A DNA stretch of 64,000 bases. Origin: Felis catus (taxonomy: Eukaryota). Made by a program: the position numbers and the translations under genes. The DNA lies in the NCBI RefSeq assembly GCF_018350175.1, contig NC_058382.1, forward strand, positions 57,848,001-57,912,000. Direction: 5' to 3'. Numbering within the stretch: position 1 is the first letter of the stretch; every line of letters begins with the position of its first letter. Shown in pieces: positions 36,365-57,960 of the stretch. The notes below the pieces were generated by a model that saw only the letters and a program-made list of their open reading frames with translations, had not been told where the DNA came from and did not search any database.

Positions 36365-39300
36365 CAGCAGCCGGTCTGGCAGTGTCACCAAACAAAGCAC
36401 AGCCCTGTTGCTGGGACAGGTCACACAGACTGGAGGTCCCCCCACCCCCCAGCCAGTGTTGGGCCCCAGGGCTGGTGCTTGCCTCCACGGAATGCATTTC
36501 GAGAATTGAGGTCAAATGAATGGGTGTGTGGGCCCCTCCAGCGCCTGCTTCAGATGATGGGTCCCCTGCTGAGCCGCTCCACCACGCCCCCCGGACGTGC
36601 CGTGCTCCCCTCCCCATCTGCAGAATCAGGGCTGCACAGAGGGGTCTGTCCGAGGCCCCCCGCAAGTCTCTCCCTTTAGCTGCCGTGTCGTTGGCTTTAT
36701 CAGTCGTCTCTTAGTAGTTGAAACGCGTTGCTTGATTCTAAGGTGCACAGAAGACTTATCCTTGTATATATAAGATTTTTGTATAGAAGTTTGGTCTGAT
36801 TTCCGGAGGCAGAAAAGTGGGTTCTGAGACTTCCCAGCGTGCTGGGGGGCACGACGCGGAATACTCCCCCTGGGGTAGGGCCCGCAGGACCACGCTGCCT
36901 CTGGAAGGAAATGCAACTTTGACTGCTTTGGGCTTTTCCAAGCACTTTAGCTTCAGAAATGATCTTGAGGTCCCCCCCCCCACCCACATAGGCCTCTTGA
37001 AATAGCCCTTGAAGGTGAAAGCAAGGGGCAAGGGTTGCTTGGGTCCCCCCCCCCCCGCCAACCCTCCACTCCTTGTCCCTACGGGTCTGACCCCGGCATT
37101 GCTCAGACCCTGCCAGAGACCTGGGTCCTCCTCAGAGTGCATGATGCCGTCTCCTGGTGGTGGCATTGCGCCCTCCGGTGCCTCTGGCCATCGTCACCTA
37201 GAAAGCAGGCCGGCAGGCCGCCCGCCCCACCGCGGTTTTCCTCTATCCCTGTAACGCGGTCTCTTCCCTCCGGGGCCCGGCCAGAGCAGACAGACGGGGG
37301 ACGCTGTCAGAGGTCCCAGCGTGTGAAGAGGGCGTGCATACACACGGACGCTTTGCTCTAAAAGCCCTAACAGCTCTTCTTGTAAACTCAGGAACCGTAG
37401 ACTCCGTGCAGAAAGCATCAGATTATACCCAAGAAGAGAGTCTCCCGTCCCGGCAGGTACCGTGTCCAAAGCCAGGAGCTCTGGAGGCTCAGTGGCATTT
37501 CAGATTTTCGCTGGCTGTCCTCAGGGGCGGGTGGGGAGGTGGGTGTGTGAGTCACAGTGAGCCAGGATGGCTCGTCCTCTCAAATAGGAAGGTCCCTGCT
37601 TGGAAAACGGGACGTCCTTGAGACGCAGCTTCGTATGTGTTTAGCTTTTAATTTTAGCGATATTGATAGACGTGTAAGAGGGGCCCCGTTACCGTTCAGA
37701 TTGTGCCTGCTGTGTGTGTGCATGTGTGTGTTTAACCAAAGGTAGGAGTATCAGACCCTGATAGTCTAAGTTATTTGTACAGTGAAATGGAGTCAGCTAT
37801 GATTTTCTCATTGCCAAAAAATGGGGGGGGGGGGGGGTTGCTAAGAAGCTCTTACGTTACCAAAAGGAGAACCACAAAGGGTCCATTTCCTGAGTTCTCT
37901 ACCCAAGTTAAAACCTAGGATATTCAGGTCAGCCGGCTCACCCAGCTGGGGCTAGGCCAGAGACCCGGGGCGAGAGTCACAGGACCGCCTCGCCTCTCCC
38001 TGCCCTCCTTTTTGGGAGTTGAAACCAGCGTGTCCCCTTACTTCTCCAAGGCCAGCTAGACAGTGAGTTCGTTACCGTGGAGAGAAGACCCAGCCTTGAG
38101 GTTTGCTCCTCCACGGACTGCGTTCGCTCGTCCCGCAGAGCGCCTGCCGTCGCAGGCTCTTGATGCGATGAGGACAGCGTTCACACCTTGAACGGGTCTG
38201 TAAGCGGCTTCGTCTCACCGCGGTGACCGCAGCCGCAAGTCAAGGCCGCCAGCTGCGCGCCTGGCCTTCCTGCACGTCCCAGCTTCCTAACTGGTTGGCT
38301 TTTATTTAGGGGGGACCCAGGTGGACCCGGGAGGCTAGATCAGCTTTATTACCAAATTACCTAAAACCGCAGACGCCTGGGCAGCCACGGGGGTGGCACG
38401 AGCCCTTTGCCCAGAACAGTGGGGAAGCTTAGGAAGGAGGGTCTGTGGCCCAGGGGGAGGAGGCCCGAGTGGACGGAGCCCAGCCTCAGCCTCAGGAGGA
38501 GGTGGGACCCCCTGCCCCCCACCCGGCCAGCTCAGCCTGCTGTCTTCTCTCCCTGTTCCCAGTCATGGCCCAAGCTGCCAGGTGGGGGACCCTCCCACCC
38601 CCCAGCCTTGTAGTTCTCCTGAACCATTGTTCCCATGTCCCCGCTGCCCCCCCCCCCCCGACTGCCTGTAAATCATTTATTCCTCAGGACCCTCGGGGAT
38701 GAGTTTCACCAAAAGGGGAATTATATTGGCTAGAGGCGCCCCTAATGACCAACGTGTAGTGTCCAGACCTCGGGCAAAGCCACACAGGGCCATGTGTCCC
38801 ATACATCCTTGTCGCCGTGTGGCTGGGAATAGGGATGTGTTGGTTCACCAAGTAGCAAATAGAGGAGTCGTTTTCAGGGTGTCCCCGTTCCGCAAATACA
38901 CTCGATGCTAAGAACGTTCTCCATGGCTGGCTCCTGCGGGGTGTCATCGGTCCCCTTGTTGTCCTCGGGCCCGAGAGTCACACTCCTTGGGGAGGACGGA
39001 AGGGCCTCGTGCTCTGTTTCCTGGGTGCTGGCCTGTGTTCCCCGAGTCGACCAGAGCTCGTACGTGGAACCCCACCGAGCTGTGTCCAAGGGACTCAAGT
39101 GTCCCCAGGATTCAAGTACGGCTGTGCTGTCATTGCAGGGCTTGTGGTTACTAATGGAAAGGGATAAGCTCCTCGCTTCTGGAAGACAGGATGCTCTGGG
39201 TTTGCCCCGTCTTCCTGTAACTTCCACGCACAGGCCTGTCACAGGGTGTCTGCACAGTTGGGGTCTCTCAGCCTACAGAATCCAGGGCTTCAACAAGGCA

Positions 39301-40066
39301 GAGTCAGAGCAGAGCCCATCGCAACCTGGAACCCTCCGGAACTGCACCTGAAGGGGTTGCACTTGAGCCAAAAGGGGCCGCCTATTAAATCCCCCTTGAC
39401 CCACCGCTCAGTCCTAGAATTGGGGGACTGTCCCCGTTCCCTCCTGGGTCCTGGACATGTGCTCAGGAAAGGAGACAGGAGAAGGCACTGCGGGCGCTGT
39501 TCCCACACGTCAGCTCTGACGGGGTGGGGACCTGATGTCCTCTGTGCTAGGGACCGCGTTGGGCGAGGCCTCCCGCAAGCCGGGGACTGTCACTTCTGCA
39601 GACGCCTTGAGAAAGACAAGCCAAACCTTTGATTATTAGGAGATGCTAGAAATTCACACAGTAGACTCACAACCCCTTAAAATACGTAAATGTGTTAGAA
39701 CACGGTCAGTCTGCCGCCTTTGTTATAAACCGTGGCCTCCGCTGGGGCTTCCGGTGACGGTTTACATGTGTGCATCGTGTTTTCTCCTTTGGCCAGCGGG
39801 TCTCCGACCTGAACTTGCCACCGCCACACCCAGACCTTGCCTTTCAGTCGCCCCAAAGTAGAGTTCAGTGCCGCGGGTGTTCTCGCTGATAGAGTTAACG
39901 CAATTCTGTGTCCCACTGGGTGATGTCCTACAAACAGTATTTTAAAGCTGAGGACGTTTCAAGGGTGAAGGTCTCAGAACAGTGCTAAAATCAAAACTGT
40001 TTCCCGTGAAGAAAAAAAATATATGTCTCTATATTGCACCTCAGATTGTCAGAAGGTGGAAATGCA

Positions 40067-40072
40067 AATAAA
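40067..40072 (+). terminator. Polyadenylation signal AATAAA for KIAA0513
   Basis: AATAAA in an AT-rich block, followed by an A-run and taatttttgttttc. Confidence 0.7.
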
Positions 40073-41399
40073 TTATCTTTAAAAAAAAAAAAACTGGTCT
40101 GCCTAATTTTTGTTTTCACGTATCCATGAGGACTCCTTACAGAATTGGCGATCTTCTCAGTGGCATGAGTGGCTTTTCGGAAGGAAACATTCTTTTCTGG
40201 GGTCAAATAGATGATTTCCTCGCTTACGCTGAGCACGAGCGTCTTGCCCAGATGCACGTACGTCCCACGGAAGCGCGGGAGGAGGAGCGTCCCTCTGAGG
40301 GACAGCCCATGCCTTGTCTGCGTGGGGGTCTGCTGGAGTGGCCCCCTGGACTGACCTCAGCCCGTGCCTCCGGGATGCCTGGAACCCCTTCTAGCTGGAA
40401 TCCTGATCTGGCTCTTCTGTGTAGGCTCTGGGTCTGGAGTGCTCGCTTGTCCAGCAAGAAAGCGGGACGCAGGATTAAAAATGCGAGAGAGGCTAATGTC
40501 CGGGAGGAGACAAGGGCCCGGAGTGAGGGTCCTTGCTCCGTTTTAATTAGGATCAAAAGGCTTATAAGCGTGATGGGCGTGCATAGAGAGACAATGAAAT
40601 CGGGAACATTAACTCATGGGCGTGGGGCAAAGGGGATTTTGAAGATGTGCCAGGTAAGGGGTTTGGGTTGGGTGGAATGTTGTTTCCAGCAGACGTGAGG
40701 CACCACCTCTGTTTATGTAAACTGGCCCAGGGGACAGGAAAGACAGGGCATGCGACCTCAGGGTCAGCAAGGCACGTTTCTTTTGCTAATTAGCTCCTTC
40801 CTCTCACACTGCAGCAGCAGCAGGCCAAGGGTGGGATTCAGAGGCAAGTACGTGGAAGAGGAAGGACCCCGTTAGGGCAGCAGAGACCCAGAAGAGCATG
40901 GGGCAAGGTGGGGTGGCCCGGGGCAAGAGGCCAGGTCCGGCTCAACCTCCCCACCAACCGCTAAATCATTCTTTGAGCCTTGCTTTCTTCATCTATAAAA
41001 TGGGAAGGAACCTATCAGCTCTCCTGGGTGGTCCTGTGAGAACCAAAGGTGATGTGCACAAGGCCGTCCTTCCCTTCGCTACCCCCACGGGGAAACAAAC
41101 CCAGGGAGAGGTGCCTCCGGAGGGCTCCCACCTGATAAAGACAGAAACAAGACCAACCGTCTCCGTGGAAATTTTGTAGGATTAAATTTACAACGCATGC
41201 GCCAAAATTCACAAAACTAAATACACAATTTAAACAGCGAAGCTTGCGGATGGTGTTTCTGTGGGTTGTAGCCTCTCTCCCTCTGACCTCAGCGACGCAT
41301 TTGAGGGAGAACCCCTCTGTATTCCGGATGGAGATGCCACCGAATTGACGAACCGTTTAAGGAAACCAAGTAGATGTTCAAATTTATCCGGTTGAATTT

Positions 41400-41900
41400 T
41401 GCGTTCAACAGAAGCCTCCCTGAGCCTCACCCCCCAGTGAGTGGCAGCGTCATCGGCATTGTTTTGGGATTTAGCCATTCCGAAAGGCGAAAGGCGTGCA
41501 GTGCTTGGTCATTGAGGTTTTGGTTTGTAGTTCCCTAACGATACATGGCTTGGAGCTATGTTTGTGTGACTAGTGATGATGTGTCTTCTCTGCTGAGGTG
41601 TCTGTTCAGACCTTTACCTGTTTTTAGTGGGGCTGGTTGTCTTATCGAGGGTTCTTCGTATATTTTGACTACAAACCCTTTGTTGATACGGGCTTTGCCA
41701 ATATTTTCTCCCAGAAAGCTTCATTTTGAAAAGTACACGTTACTGCTTTTTGTGCGGGGGTGGGTAGTCTTTTGGTGTCTTGTGGGAGGCGCATCACCAA
41801 ACCCAAGGTCATGTAGATTTTCTTCTGTGTTTACTCTAGAGTTGTTGTAGATTTGCATCTGAAATTCATCTGCGGACGGTTTTGAGTGCGTTTTGCTGTA
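41400..41900 (-). mobile_element. Old L1 fragment
   Basis: ttagccattc...gtttttagtggg...ccaaacccaaggtcatgtagattttcttctg resembles antisense L1 ORF2. Confidence 0.6.
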
Positions 41901-41989
41901 CGTGGTCATGTCTGCGGCCGCATTCATTTCATTCCGTGCAGTTGCCAACGAATTGTTCCTTAACGATCTTTGGCTAAGAGACGGGATGG

Positions 41990-42900
41990 GTGGCTCCGTT
42001 CAGTGTGACTTTCAACGCGATAAGGGACCCAGCGGGCGGCCGGACGACCCGCACTGCCCCCGAGGGCCGACAGGGGGCGGCCGCCGCACCCCCCCGCGCA
42101 TGCGTGTTCCCGGCCCCGCCCCGTCTCCGCGTGCCTGCTGACCCGAGCGAGCTGGGTCGCCCTGACGCCGGCCGGGGAGGCGCGTTTGGGACAGTGCGGG
42201 CCGCGTCCACGACCTCGAGCCCCGCTGTGGAGGTGCCCCGGGGCTTCGGGGCTTCGTATGTCGGGTGGATGCTGGCAGGAGCTGGGGAAGGAGGAGGCGA
42301 GGCCGCGAGAGGAGGAGGTGAGCGTGTGGGAGGAGGGGGTGAGGACGCGGGAGGAGGGGGAGTTGAAGACACAGCGGCGGCGGAGAGGTGAGGCTTGGAA
42401 GGACGCAGTGGGCCCCGGGGGCTCAGTAGTGGGCGGCGGGCGTGGGTGTCCGGCGTGGCTCTGGTGAGGGCGGCCGCCAGGGGTGGCGCCGTGCTTGGCG
42501 GGTCCCCCCGGTGGCCTCCCCCTGCCACCCGCGCCACCCCGCCCCAGGGGCCGCAGATGTGCGTGTGGTTGGGTGGCGGGAGCCTGTCGCCTCCGGCTCG
42601 GCTCGTTGGTCTTTCCCCCTCTGCTTTGGCCGTGGGGGCAGACGCACGCGGCTGGGTTGTGTGTTCTTGGACTTGGATCGGGGCCGCCGTGAGTCTGGCC
42701 GACCTGGGGCAGCGGGGGTGCGGGCAGGAGGGACTCCTGCGCCCCCGAGCACCACGTGTGCGTCCTCGTCGGGTCTGGCAGTTTGCAGGGAGGCCCTCTG
42801 GCCTGCGTGGCTCAACTGAAAGGCCAGGGCTTCCACTCGGACCCTGTGAGCTCTGGCTGCCGTGGCCACCCCCTCCCCGGACCCTGCCGCTGGGCTCCCC
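41990..42900. promoter_or_regulatory. CpG island with NRF1 and GC-box motifs, between the 3' ends of the two genes
   Basis: Very GC/CpG-dense; CGCGCATGCGTG 42095-42106; GGGGCGG 42074-42080; CCCCGCCCC 42114-42122. Confidence 0.6.
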
Positions 42901-43574
42901 CAAAGTCCCGCTGTCCCCAGGCAGCGGTTCCTCTCTGCCCGGGCGTGGACGAGGCTCCCACTCACCGGGTCAGTCCTTCCCCCCCTGCCCGGAAGCCGTG
43001 GGGCACCTTCTCCCCCTGCGGGCACCTGCACCAGTTGCCCTGGCGAGCAGTGGGTGAGCTCGCTTTCCATCAGGAGGAGAGAAAAAGCAAAAACACACCC
43101 AGAGAGGGGGACCCTGGAAATCCAGTGGCACCCGAGAGCCGCCACAAGTCGCTCTGTCCACCTGTGCCTCTGGGGCCCAGAAAGAGAGCTGCTCTTCCCA
43201 AGTGGCCGAAAAATCCAGACCTTCGTTTTCAGAGAGGGTGGCGAGGCAGGCCCGGGCTTTAGTCCAACTCTGGAATCAGGAACCACCCGCCCCTTCGGTG
43301 CTCCGGGGCCAGAGCGGGAAGGGGTGGGCACGGACAGCGGGCCAGGTCACCAAACAGGGCCATATTTCTTCGGAAACTGTCGGTGGGGTCGGGACACGGA
43401 CGAGGTTAAAGAAGACGGACATTCGTGTGTGTGTGGTGCCCGTGTGAGCGTATAAACGTAGGAGATGTATGGCCTTGTGACGTGACTACGTGTGACTTAC
43501 AGTACGATCTCCAAAGTGTTGGTTTATAAATTATTACATAGAAAGTGTAGAATGTTGTAGTTAGTAGAAAAAGT

Positions 43575-43624
43575 TTTTAGGTTTATTTTTGGGAGAGATA
43601 GAGACAGTGCAAGCGGGGGAGGGG

Positions 43625-43662
<38 letters not shown>

Positions 43663-43789
43663 CCCAAGCAGGCTCCAGGCTGCCAGGGCAGAGCCCCGTG
43701 TGGGGCTCGAACCCACAAGGCCGCGAGATCATGCCCCGAACTGAAGCCAAGAGTCAGATGCTCAACCGACTAAGCCACCCGGGTGCCCC
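43575..43789 (-). mobile_element. Can-SINE
   Basis: Consensus motifs and a (GA)n tract. Confidence 0.87.
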
Positions 43790-44069
43790 TAGGATGTTTT
43801 GGTGATTTTTGGAATGAGCGTTCTCCCTGGTAGAATCAGGGTGGGCTTCCCTGAGGAGGTGCCAGGGAGCTGGATTGGGGGTCACAAAAATCAGTGTGCT
43901 GAGGGTGCGAATCCTGCAACGATCCCCTGAAAGTCTTCTGTCCCCCACTTTGTTGATGAGAGAATCATGGGGCTCACTCCCTTCCTCACTTTTGCCACCC
44001 TCCACCTCCCTTGTCTTCTGTGATGAGTCCCTGGTTCCCAAGGGCATCCCTGCGCATCGTGTCCACGTG

Positions 44070-44460
44070 TCAGGGGTGACTCGTGGCCCCGCAGACCCGT
44101 ATGTGGAAATGCTGACTCTCAGAATGTGGCCTTATTTGGAAATAGCGTCTTTGTAGATATGACTAGTTAGGATGAGGTCACGCTGGGTAGGTGGATGGTG
44201 TCTTTACAAAAAGAGGGAGTGTGGACACAGATCCACACACACACACACACGCAGGGAGAAGGCCACGTGAGGGTGGAGACAAAGGTCAGGGTGCCGTGTA
44301 TAAGCCAAGGGACCCCAGAGATGGCCAGTGGCCCCCAGAGGCTGGGGGAGAGGCCTGGAGCCCACCCTGCCCACCCCTGGCTCTCGACTTCAGGCCTCTG
44401 GAGCCTCGAGAGAGTAAATTCCTGTTGTGTGAGCCCCGAGTTTGTGGCGCTCTGTGACCG
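44070..44460. mobile_element. MaLR LTR (MLT1-like) remnant
   Basis: agaatgtggccttatttggaaatag...gatgaggtca...gaaggccacgtga...gagagagtaaattcctgttgt. Confidence 0.65.
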
Positions 44461-44584
44461 CTGCCCTGGAGGCCAGTCCGCCGCGCTCTCAACATTAAAC
44501 CCGCTCTCGGGTGTAAACACCCGAGTCCCCGGGGTCACAAGGTGGGAAAGGAGACCCAGCACGATTCAGGTTAAGGGGCACCCC

Positions 44585-44760
44585 CCGTTTATTGAGCACC
44601 TGCTCCGTACCCGGCACCGTGCTGGGCACAGCGATCCCCAGAGTGACCTCTGAGGTCGGCGAGATTGCCCCGTTGTGCAGATGAGGAAACTGAGGCTCAG
44701 AGGACACGGGCCTTACCCAGAGCCCCCCAGCCCGCCCTAGCCCTGAGCATCCAGGGTCAG
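44585..44760 (-). mobile_element. MIR remnant in the CIBAR2 3'UTR
   Basis: MIR core cagatgaggaaactgaggctcagag plus tail tttattgagcacct. Confidence 0.7.
44588..44593 (-). terminator. Likely CIBAR2 poly(A) signal AATAAA, within a MIR 3' tail
   Basis: Plus-strand tttatt about 200 nt past the stop codon, in gtttattgagcacctgctccgtacccggcaccgtgctgggc. Confidence 0.6.
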
Positions 44761-44791
44761 CCCCCGTTCTCCCGACTGGGGAGTTCTGGTC

Positions 44792-54471
<9,680 letters not shown>

Positions 54472-54595
54472 TGTGACCAGAGGCACCAGCTGTTCTGGGC
54501 TAAGGGAATAGGGACAGGGCCCCGGGGGTCCCTGGGGGAAGCCGGCAGGGCTGGGCGCAGCTGCGCCGTCTGGGCTCAAAGGACGCTGCCACCTG

Positions 54596-54659
54596 GTCGC
54601 CGGGCAACGTGGCCACCCACAGCTACCCTGGGAGGAGCCCCAGCTGCTTGCCTGGCAAC
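54596..54659. promoter_or_regulatory. Two RFX X-box motifs in the CIBAR2 proximal promoter
   Basis: GTCGCC-G-GGCAAC at 54596-54608 and CTTGCC-T-GGCAAC at 54647-54659, 125-190 bp upstream of the ATG. Confidence 0.65.
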
Positions 54660-56029
54660 CTGTCCCCGGGCCAGCCCCGCCCAGCCTTGCGTCAGCTGGG
54701 GGGAGGCGTCCCAGGGAGCCCCCACTCCTCTCTGAAGGTGGGGGTTCCCCGAGAGGCAGCAGGGACTGGAGTTAGGGCAGCTTGCCGTGCCTCGGCCCCT
54801 GCTGGCCCAGGGCCCTTCCTAGCCACGAGGGGTGGCCACCCAGCCTTCCCCAAAGTCTGGGAGTGGCCGGCAGGGTCCTAGGAGACCCGGTTGCTCAAGA
54901 GGGGTGTGTGGGAAAACACAGTCGGCCTGGGGGGGTCCCGGAGCCTTGTCGCTGAACGGAGGGGGTGGGACACCAGCCCAAAGGGACTCCTTTAACGCTT
55001 CAATCACCGTTTCATTATTTTCCCCCTTATTATAAAAACAGTACCAGCCCATTGTTAGAAAAGTGAGAAAATAAAGACACAAAAAGAAAACCCCAGGCCA
55101 CCTAGAAAATTGTACTAACTTGCAACACGTTGTACTAATTGTAAGGTTTGTTCGTTTCAGGGCATGTTCGCTTTACCTACAGAAAGGAAGTATCCAAGTG
55201 GCACCGGTGTCAGAGGCCGGGTGAGAAGAGGGGCAGGTGCAGGGCCAACACAGCAGAACGTTGGCGCCTGTCGCCGCTGCGGGACTCCCCAGACGACCGT
55301 GCTCGTCTTGCCTGTCTGGAGGTTTCCACAGTGGAGAGCGTTTTTTCAAAAGCACCTATAGAAGCAGGGACTTTAAGAGTCGGCTGAACACAGGCTCAGA
55401 CCCCGGCCCCCAGCCCTACTGTGTGACCTTGGGCTCACCGCCTCTGTAAAAGGCGACCCTGACAATACCTCCTTGCCTTGCCCACGCGTAGAAGAAAGAA
55501 GTCTGGGGGCGCCTGGGGGGCTTAGTTGTGAAGCGTCCGACTTCGGCTCAGGTCGCGATCTCGCGGTCCGTGAGTTCGAGCCCCGCGTGGGGCTCTGTGC
55601 TGACAGCTCAGAGCCTGGAGCCTGCTTCCGATTCTGTGTCTCCCTCTCTCTCTCTGCCCCTCCCCTGCTTTCTCTGTCTCTCTCTCTGTCTCTCTCTCTC
55701 TCTCAAAAATAAACATTAAAATTTTTTTTTTTTTAAATAGAAGTCTCTGGCATGAGGGTAAAGGGACAGGGCAGGGGCCGGACCCCCGAGGTGGTGACGG
55801 CTCCCCCGTGGCTGCTGCCTGCCCCCTCCCTACCCTGTGTTCCCGTGGACCCTGAGTACGGGAGGAAGTCTCAGCTTCCTCCTGCGTAGATCCACGTGGG
55901 ACCCACCGCCTCCTGCGACCCGTGCACCTAGGCTCTGCCGGCCATCACGCGACTCTTCCCTGTACGAAGCTGGGCACCTGATCGGCTCCCTCTCACATCC
56001 TTGGCTCCCTTCGCTCGTGGGGGCTGCAC

Positions 56030-56400
56030 TGAGTTGAATAACGTCTCCCCCAAATGTCCACCTAGAACCTCTGAAAGTGGCCTTATTGGGAAAGAGGGTC
56101 TTTGCAGATATAATTAGCGACAGGGGTCGTGCTGGGGTAGGGTAGGCTCTAGTCCAGTGACTGGTGTCCTCGTAAGAAGAGAAGGCAGAGACATGGGGAC
56201 ACGGCCGTGTGACCCAGGGGCTGAGACTGGAGGGATGTGGCCACTGGCCAGGGACCGCCGGCAAGACCGGAGCTGGACAGGGCTCCAGACCGTCCCCTGG
56301 TGCCCTCGGAGGGAGCTCGGCCCTGTCCGCACCTTGACTTTGGACCTCTGGCCTCCGCGCAATAGGACAGACCTCCGCTGGGGGCCGGTGACCTGCCTGC
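56030..56400. mobile_element. MaLR LTR (MLT1-like) remnant
   Basis: gtggccttattgggaaagagggtctttgcagatataatta...gactggtgtcctcgtaagaagag...accttgactttggacctctggcctcc. Confidence 0.65.
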
Positions 56401-57649
56401 TGTCCCGGTCCTCTGACCTCACACCTGCGCCCTACACTTTCGATTATCCCTTTGGACGGTTAGTCCCCTCCTGAGCAGGCCCGGCTGCGAGTCTCGTCCA
56501 GGTCGAGAGGTGCCCGCAGCGGAGGAGACCCCTTTGGCCCGGGGGTTCTGGGTCCCGTCCCCGGCACCTTCTCGGGTCCTTGGCCAAAGAAGCATCCCCG
56601 CTCTGGGTCCTTGTCCCTCGGCTCTCCTTCCCGCCGGCTGCACATGAGTGCGCCTCTCCTCGCAGAGAAGCTCTCCCAACTGACTTCCCCAGCCCTCCTC
56701 TCGTCTGCTCCCGCTTAGTAGAACTTTGGAGAACAAGTGGCCTCTGTTTCCGTCCCTCCCTCTCGCCTTTCCAGCCGCTGCCTCGCCGTGGTCACCAAAG
56801 CTGGTGCCCTCCCTCAGCCCTGTCCCCTGCCAGCAGCGTCCAGACCTCCTTGTGTGTCCCTCCCTCCCTCCCTCCCTCCCTCCCTCCCCCTGCCCCCCTC
56901 TCTGTCTCTGTCTGTCTCTCTCCAGCTTCTTCATTAAGGACTCACGCAGATAATCCCCGTGATAGCCAGACCCGGGGAGCCCTGTGTGGCCTGTTCGCCT
57001 TCGCTCCTGACTCACTCAGAAGCCGTAACAGACTCTCTCCTCCCAAAGGGTGGGTTTTCTTTTAAAAAGCAGGAGTTGGAGGGGCACCCGGGAGGCTGAG
57101 TCGGCTGAGCGTCTGGCTCTTGATTTCGGTTCAGGCCATGATCTCACGGTTCGTGGGATCAAAACTGACGTTGGGCTCTGCACTGACAGCTTGGGCCCTG
57201 CCTGGGATTCTCTTTGTCCCTCTCTCTGCCCCTCTCCTGCTCACGTTCTCAATCTCTCTCTCTCTCTCTGTCTCTCTCTCTCTCAAAGTAAACAAACTTA
57301 AAAAAAAGGCGTTGGAAGGCAGCAGGACAACATAACGGGAGACAGGGAATTTGGGGCACCTGAGTGGCTCAGTCGGTTAAGCGTCAGACTTTGGCTCAGG
57401 TCATGATCTCACCATTCGTGGGTCTGAGCCCCACGTCAGGCTCTGTGCTGACAGCTCAGAGCCCGGAGCCTGCTTCAGATTCTGTGTCTCCCTCTCTCTC
57501 TGCCCCTCCCCTGCTTGCGCCCTGTTTCTCTCCGAAAGATGAATAAACATAAAAATTTTTTTTTAATGTCAGCTTTTCAGGTGACCGAGTCCTGGGGTCG
57601 GATTCCTGGGTCGACCGCCTCGCCCTCAGGGTTTCCAGTAGTTCCATCA

Positions 57650-57960
57650 GGCTCGGGTGCAGGGGTCCCCGGGAAGGCGTCTGGTGGCTGTGGTCAGCTC
57701 CCACCATTGGCTGACTTTCTGTGCGGGAGGTGGTCCTCTGTGCCCTGGGTGGGCCTCACGCAATCAGTCGCAGGTCTTTTGAGCCAAACGGAGGTTTCCC
57801 GGGGACGAAGAAAGTCTCGAGGCCGCAGCATCAGCTCCGGCCTAAGTTTCCAGCCTGCTCGCTGGATTTTGGACTTGTCAGCCCTCACAACCCCATGAGC
57901 CAACCCCTTACGATAAGTCTGTCATCTACCTGCCTGGTTCTGCTTCCCTGGAGACCCCAG
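57650..57960. mobile_element. ERVL LTR (MLT2-like) remnant
   Basis: cagcctgctcgctggattttggacttgtcagccctcacaaccccatgagccaa...ctggttctgcttccctggagacc. Confidence 0.5.

Larger units (their letters stand above)
34733..40095 (+). other. KIAA0513: KIAA0513 long 3'UTR (~5.3 kb)
   Basis: SINE-free stretch from the stop codon to the AATAAA at 40067-40072, followed by a T-rich downstream element. Confidence 0.7.

Noticed and set aside
41974..42903. 309-aa Pro-rich ORF and overlapping 200-300 aa ORFs
   Set aside because: Several frames are open because of CpG-island composition; no recognisable domain
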